From an uncultured virus (IMG/VR IMGVR_UViG_3300028559_000007) (Duplodnaviria; Heunggongvirae; Uroviricota; Caudoviricetes), in the IMG/VR virus record IMGVR_UViG_3300028559_000007: a stretch of DNA of 64,000 nt; one strand, 5' to 3'. The translations under genes and the position numbers were made by a program. The notes beneath the pieces are model-generated. The model did not search any database. It saw only the letters and a list, made by a program, of their open reading frames with translations, and had not been told where the DNA came from. Below, piece by piece: positions 1 to 9,631 of this stretch. Within the stretch, counting starts at the first letter, position 1; the number at the start of each line of letters is the position of its first letter.

Positions 1-327
1 ATATGGGGAGTTCCGGATACACTAGAGTTTGATGTATATTTTGTAAAACCAGGCGGTAAAATTGATAAATCACTAAGATTAGATATAGATATAACATATG
101 GTAATTTAGTTACTTCAGAATTTAGTATTACAACACCTAGTAAAGTTAATGTAATACAATATACATCATATCATTCTAAATTTGATCCATCAAATACAGT
201 ATTTGCTTTTGATGAAGATAGCCTTGAAAAATTAATTAAATTTTTTAATGTTTTTAATGGAATTAAAGTATCAAGAGAACAATTTAATTTTCTTGATGCA
301 GATCCTAACAATTACTATCCTAATTAA
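1..327 (+). CDS. 5'-truncated hypothetical protein, paralogous to the N-terminal domain of ORF 40116..41306
   Basis: Frame 1 is open from base 1 to TAA at 325-327 (..GVPDTLEFDVYFVK..LDIDITYGNLVTSEFSI..); aligns by eye with GEPDNLSLDLHFVK..LVDISYGDQVKSEFSI. Confidence 0.8.
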   Translation: MWGVPDTLEFDVYFVKPGGKIDKSLRLDIDITYGNLVTSEFSITTPSKVNVIQYTSYHSKFDPSNTVFAFDEDSLEKLIKFFNVFNGIKVSREQFNFLDADPNNYYPN

Positions 328-330
328 AAA

Positions 331-363
331 TTAAAACCCCTTCAATATTTGAAGGGGTTTTAA
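331..363. terminator. Bidirectional intrinsic terminator
   Basis: Perfect 15-bp inverted repeat TTAAAACCCCTTCAA-TAT-TTGAAGGGGTTTTAA between convergent genes. Confidence 0.85.
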
Positions 364-384
364 TTATAAGATATCAAATTATTA

Positions 385-660
385 TTAAGAGTTAACAACA
401 TTTGAAAGACCTGATCCTGCCTTAAAACGAGCAGCTCTTTTAGATGGAATATTAAGTTCTACACCAGTTTTTGGATTACGACCTTTACGAGCTTTACGTG
501 TGATTGTATCAAAAGTTCCAAAACCAACTAATGTTACTTTTTCACCATTTACAAGAGCTCCTTGGATAGATTCTACAATACTATCAACAACCTCCCCAGT
601 TTTTGTTTTTGTTAAACCAGTTTTCCCGGAAATTTCGTTAACTAAATCTGCTTTATTCAT
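385..660 (-). CDS. hup: HU family DNA-binding protein
   Basis: MNKADLV..GEKVTLVGFGTF..RKGRNPKTG..I.....FKAG HU/IHF signature. Confidence 0.95.
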   Translation of the reverse strand: MNKADLVNEISGKTGLTKTKTGEVVDSIVESIQGALVNGEKVTLVGFGTFDTITRKARKGRNPKTGVELNIPSKRAARFKAGSGLSNVVNS

Positions 661-700
661 TTATTTAATTTGTTTTTTCTATGAATTTCTTCATTAATAA

Positions 701-727
701 TTATATACATAGAATCAATCAAGGTTT
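701..727 (-). promoter_or_regulatory. Putative phage promoter AAAC-N17-ATATAA (example of a recurring class)
   Basis: Same bipartite motif with 16-18 nt spacing found upstream of at least 10 genes (see findings). Confidence 0.55.
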
Positions 728-737
728 TAAAAGTTTA

Positions 738-977
738 CTAGTTTTTTGTATATTTTTCAATAAATTCATTTAGACTTTTCCCAGTATTTGCCAGATAAAT
801 AACTGCAATAAATCCAATAATGAATAATATTGAAAATATAATTAAACATGGAATCCAATATGGCGAAAATACCCACCACCAAGACCAATTTATATTATTA
901 GTTAATTTTAATATTGAAAAAATAATAACAAGTAAAGTTAAAAAATTGATACCGGATTTTTCATTTTACTGATCCAT
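738..977 (-). pseudogene. Small membrane protein (W-rich NWSWWWVFSP family) with TAA at codon 4
   Basis: ATG GAT CAG TAA AAT GAA.. then GINFLTLLVIIFSILKLTNIINWSWWWVFSPYWIP.., two hydrophobic segments, TAG at 738-740. Confidence 0.6.
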
Positions 978-978
978 A

Positions 979-1338
979 TTAAAAAGATGTAGTCCTCATA
1001 TAATTTGTAAATATTTCTTCACCCGGATATATATCTTTAACAGCTGTGAATATATAACAGTTATTTTCTATATCAGTTGTCCAGGTTGCATTATTATCTT
1101 CTCTATGATTATAAATACTTCCGAACCCTAAAACAACTGCATGAGAATCCTTAGTAAATAAAGGCCATGAAAAAGTATATTCTTTCAATGAGTTATCTAA
1201 TTTTTCAAAATTAGATTCATTTAAGTGTATGAAATGACATTCTTCTATTACTTCACCAGATAATATCATGTCATTTGTAAAAACTCCTTTTCCGTGAATA
1301 GGAGAATCTTTAACTATAATTTTACTAGAAACAAACAT
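979..1338 (-). CDS. SET-domain protein (lysine methyltransferase-like)
   Basis: SPIHGKGVF, YNH...N, AVKDIYPGEEIFTNY SET motifs. Confidence 0.9.
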   Translation of the reverse strand: MFVSSKIIVKDSPIHGKGVFTNDMILSGEVIEECHFIHLNESNFEKLDNSLKEYTFSWPLFTKDSHAVVLGFGSIYNHREDNNATWTTDIENNCYIFTAVKDIYPGEEIFTNYMRTTSF

Positions 1339-1410
1339 ATAATTTATATTTAGAATATTTTTTTTGTTTAGAATTATTCCTTATATTTATAAAACAAACA
1401 ACTATAAATA

Positions 1411-1842
1411 ATGGCTAATATTAATATATTTAAAGGTCAGTATAGAAATCAAAATGATCAAGTTTTCACTTTTGATGGTAAATATATCTACATAGGTAGA
1501 TATGCTCAAAGAAGTGCTATTAAATATACTTGGGATGGTAAACGCCTTTATAAAGGAGAATATCCTAATATTGGTAGTGTTATATTAACATTTGATGGAA
1601 AGTATATTTATGATGGTCAATATGAAATGTGGGGTAAAGTATCATATACTATTAAAGATAATATGGTTTACAGAAACTATGGTAATTCCGATAATGATAT
1701 TATCATGAAATTTGATGGTAAAAAACTTTACTCTGGTAGATATGAATATCAAAATAATATCATTTTGAATTGTGATGGACCACTTCCTTTATTTTTAATG
1801 TTTGTTATGTATTCTAATCCAGTTAAAGGACTTCCATTATAA
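1411..1842 (+). CDS. Tandem beta-repeat protein
   Basis: About 5-6 repeats of ~20 aa, T(F/W)DGK(Y/R)(I/L)Y.G.Y. Confidence 0.7.
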   Translation: MANINIFKGQYRNQNDQVFTFDGKYIYIGRYAQRSAIKYTWDGKRLYKGEYPNIGSVILTFDGKYIYDGQYEMWGKVSYTIKDNMVYRNYGNSDNDIIMKFDGKKLYSGRYEYQNNIILNCDGPLPLFLMFVMYSNPVKGLPL

Positions 1843-2054
1843 TATATAATGTGTGAAAAATACAGATATACTTATTAAATTAAAGCCTATATTGAATGGA
1901 TTCAATTCTAAACAAAAAATAATCCTTAGTCAGATTATGTCAAATAATGATTACTCCTTTATAGATTATAAAGGAGATATTTGTATAAAAACAAAAGAAG
2001 GAGAAATATATAATCTTATTACTTTCGTAAAATCTAAATGCAATTGCAATTAAT

Positions 2055-2390
2055 ATGAGTAAAATAATTTATTTAGCAACACCTTATACACATAAAAGTA
2101 AAGATGTTGTAGAACAACGATATATTCTAACTGCTAATAAATGTGCAGAACTTATTTCAGAAGGAAATGTTGTTATATCACCTATTTTTTATGGTCATAA
2201 TCTCCTAAAGTTTAGGGATATGCCTGGAGATTGGGAATTTTGGAAAAATTTTTGTGAATCTTTTCTATATAAATCTGATGAACTTTGGGTTTATAAGATA
2301 GAAGGATGGGATCAATCTACAGGTTTACAAAGTGAGATTGATTTGGCAAAAAAACTCAATATACCAATTAGGTATATTGATCTTGATTAA
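2055..2390 (+). CDS. DUF1937 / nucleoside deoxyribosyltransferase-like protein
   Basis: IYLATPYT..SPI..H..W...C..GWDQSTG...EI..A..L.IP pattern. Confidence 0.75.
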   Translation: MSKIIYLATPYTHKSKDVVEQRYILTANKCAELISEGNVVISPIFYGHNLLKFRDMPGDWEFWKNFCESFLYKSDELWVYKIEGWDQSTGLQSEIDLAKKLNIPIRYIDLD

Positions 2391-2414
2391 TTATATTTGT
2401 AAAAAATTTAAACT

Positions 2415-2837
2415 ATGTGGTTATTTTTAGATGATAAAAGGAAGGATCCAACTGTTGTACATAATAATGTGCGTGGTCTTGGTTCAAATGTTGGTAAATC
2501 TAATAGTTGGGTTATTGCTAGAGATTACCATCAATTTATAGATATATTGAAAAATAACTTTGATTACATTAATTTTATTTCATTTGATCATGATATTAGT
2601 TCTTATGATATTGATGAAAAAGAATTAACTGGTAAAGATGCTGCTGAATTCCTAATTAACTATTGTATGGATAATGGCAAAGTTTTACCTGATTGGTTTG
2701 TTCACTCTGATAATACTGGTGGTAATAAAAATATACGTCAGTTATTATCTAATTATATGTTCCGAGTAGAAGGTCGTTTAGATAAAATGGTTGATGCTTA
2801 TGGATTTGTAAATGGTAAATTAGTATATAACAAATAA
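2415..2837 (+). CDS. Cyclic-phosphate-processing receiver-like domain protein
   Basis: LFLDD.R, ISFDHD, TG.D, HSDN..G motifs. Confidence 0.75.
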   Translation: MWLFLDDKRKDPTVVHNNVRGLGSNVGKSNSWVIARDYHQFIDILKNNFDYINFISFDHDISSYDIDEKELTGKDAAEFLINYCMDNGKVLPDWFVHSDNTGGNKNIRQLLSNYMFRVEGRLDKMVDAYGFVNGKLVYNK

Positions 2838-2914
2838 AAGACTGTTTATATAAATATTTAATTTTAATTCAGTTCTGATATTTAATATATAAACTTAAAC
2901 TTAAATACAAAGTT

Positions 2915-3151
2915 ATGGAAAAGAACAGAATTAAGAGATTTAACGAAAACTCGGAATTAAATATATCTGATGTTAGAGGTAGTAAAAAATTTGAAGTAGA
3001 AATAAAAGGAAATAATGGTAAAGTTATATTTTTCGATACTATAGATGCTAAAAACTTGAACGATGCTTTTGATAAATCTACTGATATTGTGGGAATAGAA
3101 AATATAACTTTACATGATGAAGTCGATCTAAATATTAGAGAGATTAAATAA
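2915..3151 (+). CDS. Hypothetical protein with N-terminal IKRFNE motif
   Basis: ORF; TAATATATA at 2883-2891. Confidence 0.7.
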   Translation: MEKNRIKRFNENSELNISDVRGSKKFEVEIKGNNGKVIFFDTIDAKNLNDAFDKSTDIVGIENITLHDEVDLNIREIK

Positions 3152-3199
3152 TTTTTTATTACTTCTAACTAATTTAATATATATCTAAGTATCTCATCT

Positions 3200-3907
3200 T
3201 TAAATATAATCTAATATATTAGCAAATCTACTATCTATAGATTTTTGAGTAATATTAGGAGGAATATATCCTAGATTATCTGAATAAATATTATCATCAC
3301 AACAAAATAACTGAGGGGAAATCGCTATCGAATTTCCCCTTTTTTGTATTTCATTGACAAAGTATCTATCAATTTCCATTGGAAATTCTTGATTATATAA
3401 ATCAACCATTTCTTTCATAAGTTCGGACTTTATACCATATGCAAATAGTCCCCAGAGATTAGTTGGTTTAAATATTTTCTCACATATTAAATTATGTCCT
3501 TGAATACCAAATGAATAATCCCACATACTACAATCATCATTCAATGGAATATATCCTAGGTAAAATAAATCGGACCATTCTGGTATAACTAAGCTATCAA
3601 ACATGTTAATAATTCCATTGTGTATTAAATTATCATCTTCAATAATAAGAATTTTTTCATATTTATTTTGTAAAGCATCTTGATAAATTGATAGATGTGA
3701 GATAGCACATCCAATATAATTAGAATTTGTGAAATTTGGATTATCTAATTTATTCCATAGTTTCTGAATAACTGAGCCGTCAGTACCATTAAATACATCA
3801 TATTTTATATTTAATTTATTTAATTTTTCTACGGATTTATCCAGTCTATCTTTTCTTTTATGTAAATTTAAAAGATAAATTTTATCAAAATAGTTATTTA
3901 TATTCAT
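3200..3907 (-). CDS. Glycosyltransferase family 25
   Basis: YLLNL..RKDR, GC..SH, ILIIEDD, LFYLG GT25 motifs. Confidence 0.85.
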   Translation of the reverse strand: MNINNYFDKIYLLNLHKRKDRLDKSVEKLNKLNIKYDVFNGTDGSVIQKLWNKLDNPNFTNSNYIGCAISHLSIYQDALQNKYEKILIIEDDNLIHNGIINMFDSLVIPEWSDLFYLGYIPLNDDCSMWDYSFGIQGHNLICEKIFKPTNLWGLFAYGIKSELMKEMVDLYNQEFPMEIDRYFVNEIQKRGNSIAISPQLFCCDDNIYSDNLGYIPPNITQKSIDSRFANILDYI

Positions 3908-4106
3908 AGTAACTTGTGGATATATAACATTGCTCAGCTATGTAATCTGTATATTTTATTGTTTTATCAATTTCACAAATATATTCCGAATATTGTATAT
4001 ATTGATTAGTTTGATTTTTTTCAGACTTAACTCTTTTTATTTCTTTAACTATAGATTTTAATTCATCATACATAAAACTGATATTAAAAAAAGTTATATA
4101 AGTTTT

Positions 4107-5015
4107 ATGAATGGATATCATGTTTTTTATCAATCAAAAGAGGTTGATAATGAATTTGAAGAGATAAATTATCTTGTTCAAATTGCATCAATTTTATTTT
4201 GGAAAAAAAATCAAGGTAAAATGAGTCTTTATTGTAATTCTAAATATTTAAATTTCATAAAAAAATGGGAAATAGATAGTCTATACGATGAAATAAATAT
4301 TGAATGTTTAGATAAAATACCATATAAACAATATCTTGATAAATATTGGAGCTTCTGTAAGATAGAAGCTGCTTTTGATATATCAAAAAAAGATAAAGAT
4401 TTTGTTATAATAGATACAGATCTATGGATACAAGAGCCTATAAATATAGATTCTGATTTTCAATTTATAGGATATCATCAAGAAAAATGTTTAAATCATC
4501 CTAATAATCCCTATATTGAACCAAATAATTTTATAAATTTAAGAGATTTAAAACTTTTCGATTGGTCTATATCGCCAATAAACTGTGCATTTTTATATTT
4601 AAATTCAAAAGATTTAATAAATGAATGGTATAAGTGGAGCCTAAAAGTAATAGAAAATAATAAAGATAATAGTAAAAAAGAGATGTCTGTTGATACTATT
4701 TTTATTGAACAAAGATTATTACCAACAATAGCTCATACATTAGGAATGAATGTTGGAACACTTATACCTAATGTATATCAACCACATATAAAATCTGATA
4801 ATTTAGGTAGTGAGTGGATTCCTAAAATTGGATTTGATATAACTAATCAATACATGTCTTGGAACATAAAACATGTTTGGGGATTAAAAAAAATGTATGA
4901 TGATCCAAATATTAGAAGTATTATTATAGATACCGTTACTGGATCTTTAAATACTTATTTTAAAGATTGGGAAATAAATTTTACAAAATTGTTTAATAAA
5001 ATTAAGGAATATTAA
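4107..5015 (+). CDS. Putative GT-A-fold glycosyltransferase-like protein (DUF6734-like)
   Basis: W...K, IIDTD (DxD), N.A, EQ..L, C-terminal H..G.K pattern. Confidence 0.55.
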   Translation: MNGYHVFYQSKEVDNEFEEINYLVQIASILFWKKNQGKMSLYCNSKYLNFIKKWEIDSLYDEINIECLDKIPYKQYLDKYWSFCKIEAAFDISKKDKDFVIIDTDLWIQEPINIDSDFQFIGYHQEKCLNHPNNPYIEPNNFINLRDLKLFDWSISPINCAFLYLNSKDLINEWYKWSLKVIENNKDNSKKEMSVDTIFIEQRLLPTIAHTLGMNVGTLIPNVYQPHIKSDNLGSEWIPKIGFDITNQYMSWNIKHVWGLKKMYDDPNIRSIIIDTVTGSLNTYFKDWEINFTKLFNKIKEY

Positions 5016-5293
5016 ATATCAAATAATACAATACTATCTAAATAAAATTTAATTGTAGAACATCCAATTTTATTTTTTAATTCATCTAAATTTAATTTAG
5101 ATATTTTACGGTATTCTGATATAGTTTGATCCCAATTTGTTTCAGCTTCACAAGGACATCCATATAAAAATAATTCAATTCTATCCATAAATGGAATAAG
5201 ATACTTAATATTTAAATTAGAATCCTTAATTATTTTATAGAATTCTTGTGGTGAATTTATAACTAGACTTCTTTTTATTTCAATACTAGACAT
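5012..5293 (-). CDS. Hypothetical protein (GCPC motif)
   Basis: ORF overlapping the upstream membrane-protein gene. Confidence 0.6.
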   Translation of the reverse strand: MSSIEIKRSLVINSPQEFYKIIKDSNLNIKYLIPFMDRIELFLYGCPCEAETNWDQTISEYRKISKLNLDELKNKIGCSTIKFYLDSIVLFDI

Positions 5294-5615
5294 ATTTTTC
5301 TATTATTTTATATACTATATAAGATATTATATATATTATTGGGAATAAATAAATTGTATTAAAAATAAAACAAGTTATTAAAACTAACCAAAATGTTAAA
5401 CAAGGTTTACAACTTATAAGTTTAGTAAAAAAATTACGATGTTTAATTGACAAGTATTCCAAGTAGGCAATTCTAGTATTTGACAATCTATATAATTCCC
5501 AGGAATCTATTTTACTAATTTTATTAATTCTAAAAAGTTTAGAATATTGAATAAAAGCATCTGTTTTAAACCAAATAAATAATAAAAATATTACCCAAAA
5601 AATCTGAACAATCAT
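5286..5615 (-). CDS. Small membrane protein with C-x-x-C (SCKPCLTFW)
   Basis: Hydrophobic N- and C-terminal segments; AAAC-N17-ATATAA at 5621-5647. Confidence 0.7.
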   Translation of the reverse strand: MIVQIFWVIFLLFIWFKTDAFIQYSKLFRINKISKIDSWELYRLSNTRIAYLEYLSIKHRNFFTKLISCKPCLTFWLVLITCFIFNTIYLFPIIYIISYIVYKIIEKYV

Positions 5616-5680
5616 ACTAATTATATATCTTAAAATATTCTAAGTTTTAAATAGACAAGACTATGTAATGTAAATTATTT

Positions 5681-8600
5681 TTATGATTTTACACCTATTA
5701 GACTTAATGTTACTAATTGTCCTAATTCCGAATAATCAACATTAAATCCTATTAAATCACCAGCAGTTAATCCTATTGTTAATCCAGTTGATGAATTTGA
5801 AGTAGCTAATGATAATGATGGTTTAGTACTCCATATACTTGTTGTTGTAGGAAATGAATTTCCACTATATGTATCTATAATGATAGAAGCTGTTAAAGCT
5901 GTTGTTGTTCCTCTCGTAACAGATAGTAATCTCCAACTATTAATTTGAAAGTTATAAGGTAGTTCATAATAACCACCATATTGTCCCGTTGGTATTACCC
6001 CACCTGACCCATCAAATTGAAAAACTATTGAACCTTTTGATGTACCTGAACCTGTTGGTCCCGAATTATAATAATCACTATATTCAAATCCATTAAATGT
6101 TCTTGGTGAAATAGATGCTGTTGGTGAACTAAATGTATAATTAAATGGTGTATTATCAACAATATAAGGAACATATAATGATGTCCTTCCTCCTGTAGGT
6201 GAAACACCCCCAGCTATAGTACTACCACTTATACCGATTACTAACATAGCTGGTTTACTAATTCTTATTATACCTATCGGAGATTTTGTTGAATAGATAC
6301 TACCTGTTGCGAAAACTGAAATATCTGTCCATGGAACTAATAACTCATATGATGTACTTAATCCGTAATTTGAATAATTAGGAGTTGTTACTATTTCACC
6401 ACTTAAAGCACCACTATTTTCAGATGATGAGTTTGGAACTCCTAACCCAAATGATATCATAGAAGGACCCCCGTCTGTTGTGGTTATATTAGTATGTGAT
6501 ATTATAAATGCTTCACTTGCAAAAATTATAGATCCTGCTGGAAAAACACTAGATCCACCTATTCCAGGTGAATCAATGTTTGATGCGAACCCATTAAATG
6601 ATAATAATCTTTTAGTATTAGTGAAATCATTACTAGCTTCTGATGAGGTAACACTTCCATCATCAGCTATTAAAGTTTCTAATAAAAATTTAATAACAGT
6701 ATATCCATTTCCATTCCAACTGAATTCTAATAAGTGTGGATCCAATCTACCTTCCTCATATTCAACTAAAGTGGTACTTAAATATTTAACTACCCATTTT
6801 GATGTGTTCCAAATCCTTTGGCCAGTAAATACAAATCTAAATCCTCTATTTATACCAGGAACAGATAAATTTGGATCAAGTGTTATTTCAATATCACTTG
6901 TTGAGTCAAATCCACTATTTTGTGTAAAATATATTGTTGAAGATGTCATTCCAGAAACTAATGTATAATTTACAGTCTGATCATCTTTCCAATGTTTTAA
7001 TAAGGCAGAATTATCTAATTGACCAATTGGTCCTTGAGGACCAGTTAGTCCTTGAGGACCAGTTACACCTGTTAATCCTTGAGGACCAGTTATAGAAGGA
7101 CCAATTGAACCTTGTGATCCTGTCAATCCTTGAGTTCCGGTGGGTCCTGTTACTCCTTGAGGACCAGTTATAGATGATCCAGTAATACCTTGGGGACCAC
7201 TTATTCCTTGAAAACCTGTTGGCCCAGTTCTTCCTTGTGGACCAGTTATTCCTTGGGATCCTGTAAACCCCTGAGGACCAGATAACCCTTGAATACCAGT
7301 TGGTCCAGTTATTCCTTGTGGTCCAGTTATAGATGATCCAGTAATACCTTGGGGACCAGTTCTACCTTGTGGACCAGTGAATCCTTGAGGACCAGTTGGT
7401 CCTGTATTCCCTATCCCACCATCATTACCATCAGATCCATTAGCACCCTGTGGACCAGTGAATCCTTGTGATCCAGTTCTACCTTGTGGGCCAGTTGTTC
7501 CAATACCTTGTGGGCCAGTTGGTCCAATACCTTGTGGGCCAGTTAATCCCTGAACACCAGTTGGGCCTGTTAATCCTTGTGGGCCTGTTGTTCCACCACC
7601 AAGTCCTTGAGGACCAGTTAACCCTTGGATACCGGTTGGTCCGGTTACTCCTTGAAGACCAGTTGTTCCCTGTATACCAATAATACCTTGTGGTCCAGTT
7701 GGACCTGTAAAATTATAATTAAATATTACATCACCGGTTGGACCTTGAGGCCCACTTACACCTTGTGCTCCACCAGGATCGCCTTTTGGTCCTGTTATTC
7801 CTTGAGGACCAGTGGATCCTTGAGGACCAGTGGATCCTTGAGGACCAGTAAATCCTTGAGTACCAGTGGGTCCAAATCCTGTATTTCCTTGAGCACCAGT
7901 CGATCCCTTTGGTAATAAAAATGATATACCTATTTGAGATATATCTAAAATATTAGGATCACTTAAATTAGATCCACCGATATAAGTTACATTATTAAAT
8001 CTAAGTCTTGTTGATAATATACTAATATTAGTTGAATTAAATATACAAGAATAAAAATAACTTCTAGAACTTGATTTTAAATCAAATATTTTTATGTTTA
8101 GAGTTTCACCATTTAATAATGATATTATTGTATTAAATATTCCAGATAGATCGTTATTCCATATATCACTAGGATTTAAATAAATTTGATTAACATTACC
8201 AAAAGTTGTAGCAAAACTTGATGAATTTAATAATGATAAGAAACCACTAACTGGTGATATTGATCCATCTACTATATTATATTCTAATGTCCAACCACCA
8301 ACTTGTCCGGTAGCTCCTTGACTACCAGTTGGTCCTGTTCTACCTTGAGGACCAGTTATAGAAGACCCAGTATTTCCCTGAGATCCAGTATTTCCCTGAA
8401 CTCCAATTGGTCCTTGATTACCAGTTGGTCCTGTTCTACCTTGAGGACCAGTTATAGAAGACCCAGTATTTCCCTGAGGGCCAGTAATTCCTATACCAGT
8501 AACACCTTGAGGACCAGTTATAGAAGACCCAGTATTTCCCTGAGATCCAGTATTTCCCTGGCTACCAGTTGAACCAATACCTTGAGGTCCTGTTCTACCT

Positions 8601-9601
8601 TGAGGACCAGTTATAGAAGATCCGGTATTTCCTTGAACTCCGGTATTTCCCTGATTACCAGTCGGGCCCTGACTACCAGTTGGTCCTGTTCTTCCTTGTG
8701 TTCCAGTATTTCCCTGATTACCAGTTGGTCCTTGACTACCAGTTAAACTAATACCTTGTGGTCCTGTTCTTCCTTGTGGTCCAGTTATAGAAGATCCAGT
8801 ATTTCCCTGACTACCAGTTGGTCCTTGACTACCAGTACTTCCTTGACCAGTTGGTCCTGTTCTACCTTGAACTCCGGTACTTCCCTGACTACCAGTCGGT
8901 CCTTGACTACCAGTACTTCCCTGACCAGTTGGGCCTGTTCTACCTTGAACTCCGGTACTTCCTTGATTTCCAGTATTCCCTTGATTTCCAGTTGGTCCTT
9001 GACTACCGGTTGGTCCTGTTCTTCCTTGAGGTCCAGTTATAGAAGACCCAGTTGATCCTTGGGAACCTGTTAATCCTTGAGGACCACTATTTCCTTGGCT
9101 ACCAGTTGTTCCAGTTGGGCCTGTTCTTCCTTGAGGTCCAGTATTTCCTTGTTGACCAGTAGATCCAGTAGCTCCCGTATAATTATATATGTATGTTACA
9201 TCACCAGTTGGTCCTTGAGGACCACTAACTCCCTGAGCACCACCTGGATCACCTTTTGGTCCAGTTAATCCTTGAGGACCAGTAAATCCGATACCTGTTG
9301 GTCCTTGAGGACCAGTTGGTCCTTGAGGACCAGTTGGTCCTGTTGCACCAAATATATCTAACATCATCCAATCAGTAATAACAGAACCTCTTGTTAAATA
9401 ATTAGAAGGAGTGTCAATTAAATAGTAAAATCTTTTTTCAGATCTTACAAATACAATCATATTTCTATAATTATATGATGGTATTAGTGTAGTAAGAGCT
9501 GTTTGACCAAATGATGGACTATCCGGAACATCAACTATCAATCTACCTTCTATTTCAAAGGGAGCCCTAATATCAAAGTTTACATTAAATATACTAGCCA
9601 T
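5681..9601 (-). CDS. Collagen-like triple-helix repeat protein (probable virion fibre)
   Basis: Two long Gly-X-Y tracts (GPT/GPQ/GSQ) separated by a globular domain; TAATATATA at 9608-9616. Confidence 0.9.
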   Translation of the reverse strand: MASIFNVNFDIRAPFEIEGRLIVDVPDSPSFGQTALTTLIPSYNYRNMIVFVRSEKRFYYLIDTPSNYLTRGSVITDWMMLDIFGATGPTGPQGPTGPQGPTGIGFTGPQGLTGPKGDPGGAQGVSGPQGPTGDVTYIYNYTGATGSTGQQGNTGPQGRTGPTGTTGSQGNSGPQGLTGSQGSTGSSITGPQGRTGPTGSQGPTGNQGNTGNQGSTGVQGRTGPTGQGSTGSQGPTGSQGSTGVQGRTGPTGQGSTGSQGPTGSQGNTGSSITGPQGRTGPQGISLTGSQGPTGNQGNTGTQGRTGPTGSQGPTGNQGNTGVQGNTGSSITGPQGRTGPQGIGSTGSQGNTGSQGNTGSSITGPQGVTGIGITGPQGNTGSSITGPQGRTGPTGNQGPIGVQGNTGSQGNTGSSITGPQGRTGPTGSQGATGQVGGWTLEYNIVDGSISPVSGFLSLLNSSSFATTFGNVNQIYLNPSDIWNNDLSGIFNTIISLLNGETLNIKIFDLKSSSRSYFYSCIFNSTNISILSTRLRFNNVTYIGGSNLSDPNILDISQIGISFLLPKGSTGAQGNTGFGPTGTQGFTGPQGSTGPQGSTGPQGITGPKGDPGGAQGVSGPQGPTGDVIFNYNFTGPTGPQGIIGIQGTTGLQGVTGPTGIQGLTGPQGLGGGTTGPQGLTGPTGVQGLTGPQGIGPTGPQGIGTTGPQGRTGSQGFTGPQGANGSDGNDGGIGNTGPTGPQGFTGPQGRTGPQGITGSSITGPQGITGPTGIQGLSGPQGFTGSQGITGPQGRTGPTGFQGISGPQGITGSSITGPQGVTGPTGTQGLTGSQGSIGPSITGPQGLTGVTGPQGLTGPQGPIGQLDNSALLKHWKDDQTVNYTLVSGMTSSTIYFTQNSGFDSTSDIEITLDPNLSVPGINRGFRFVFTGQRIWNTSKWVVKYLSTTLVEYEEGRLDPHLLEFSWNGNGYTVIKFLLETLIADDGSVTSSEASNDFTNTKRLLSFNGFASNIDSPGIGGSSVFPAGSIIFASEAFIISHTNITTTDGGPSMISFGLGVPNSSSENSGALSGEIVTTPNYSNYGLSTSYELLVPWTDISVFATGSIYSTKSPIGIIRISKPAMLVIGISGSTIAGGVSPTGGRTSLYVPYIVDNTPFNYTFSSPTASISPRTFNGFEYSDYYNSGPTGSGTSKGSIVFQFDGSGGVIPTGQYGGYYELPYNFQINSWRLLSVTRGTTTALTASIIIDTYSGNSFPTTTSIWSTKPSLSLATSNSSTGLTIGLTAGDLIGFNVDYSELGQLVTLSLIGVKS

Positions 9602-9631
9602 TAAATCTATATATTAAAATTATTTATTACG

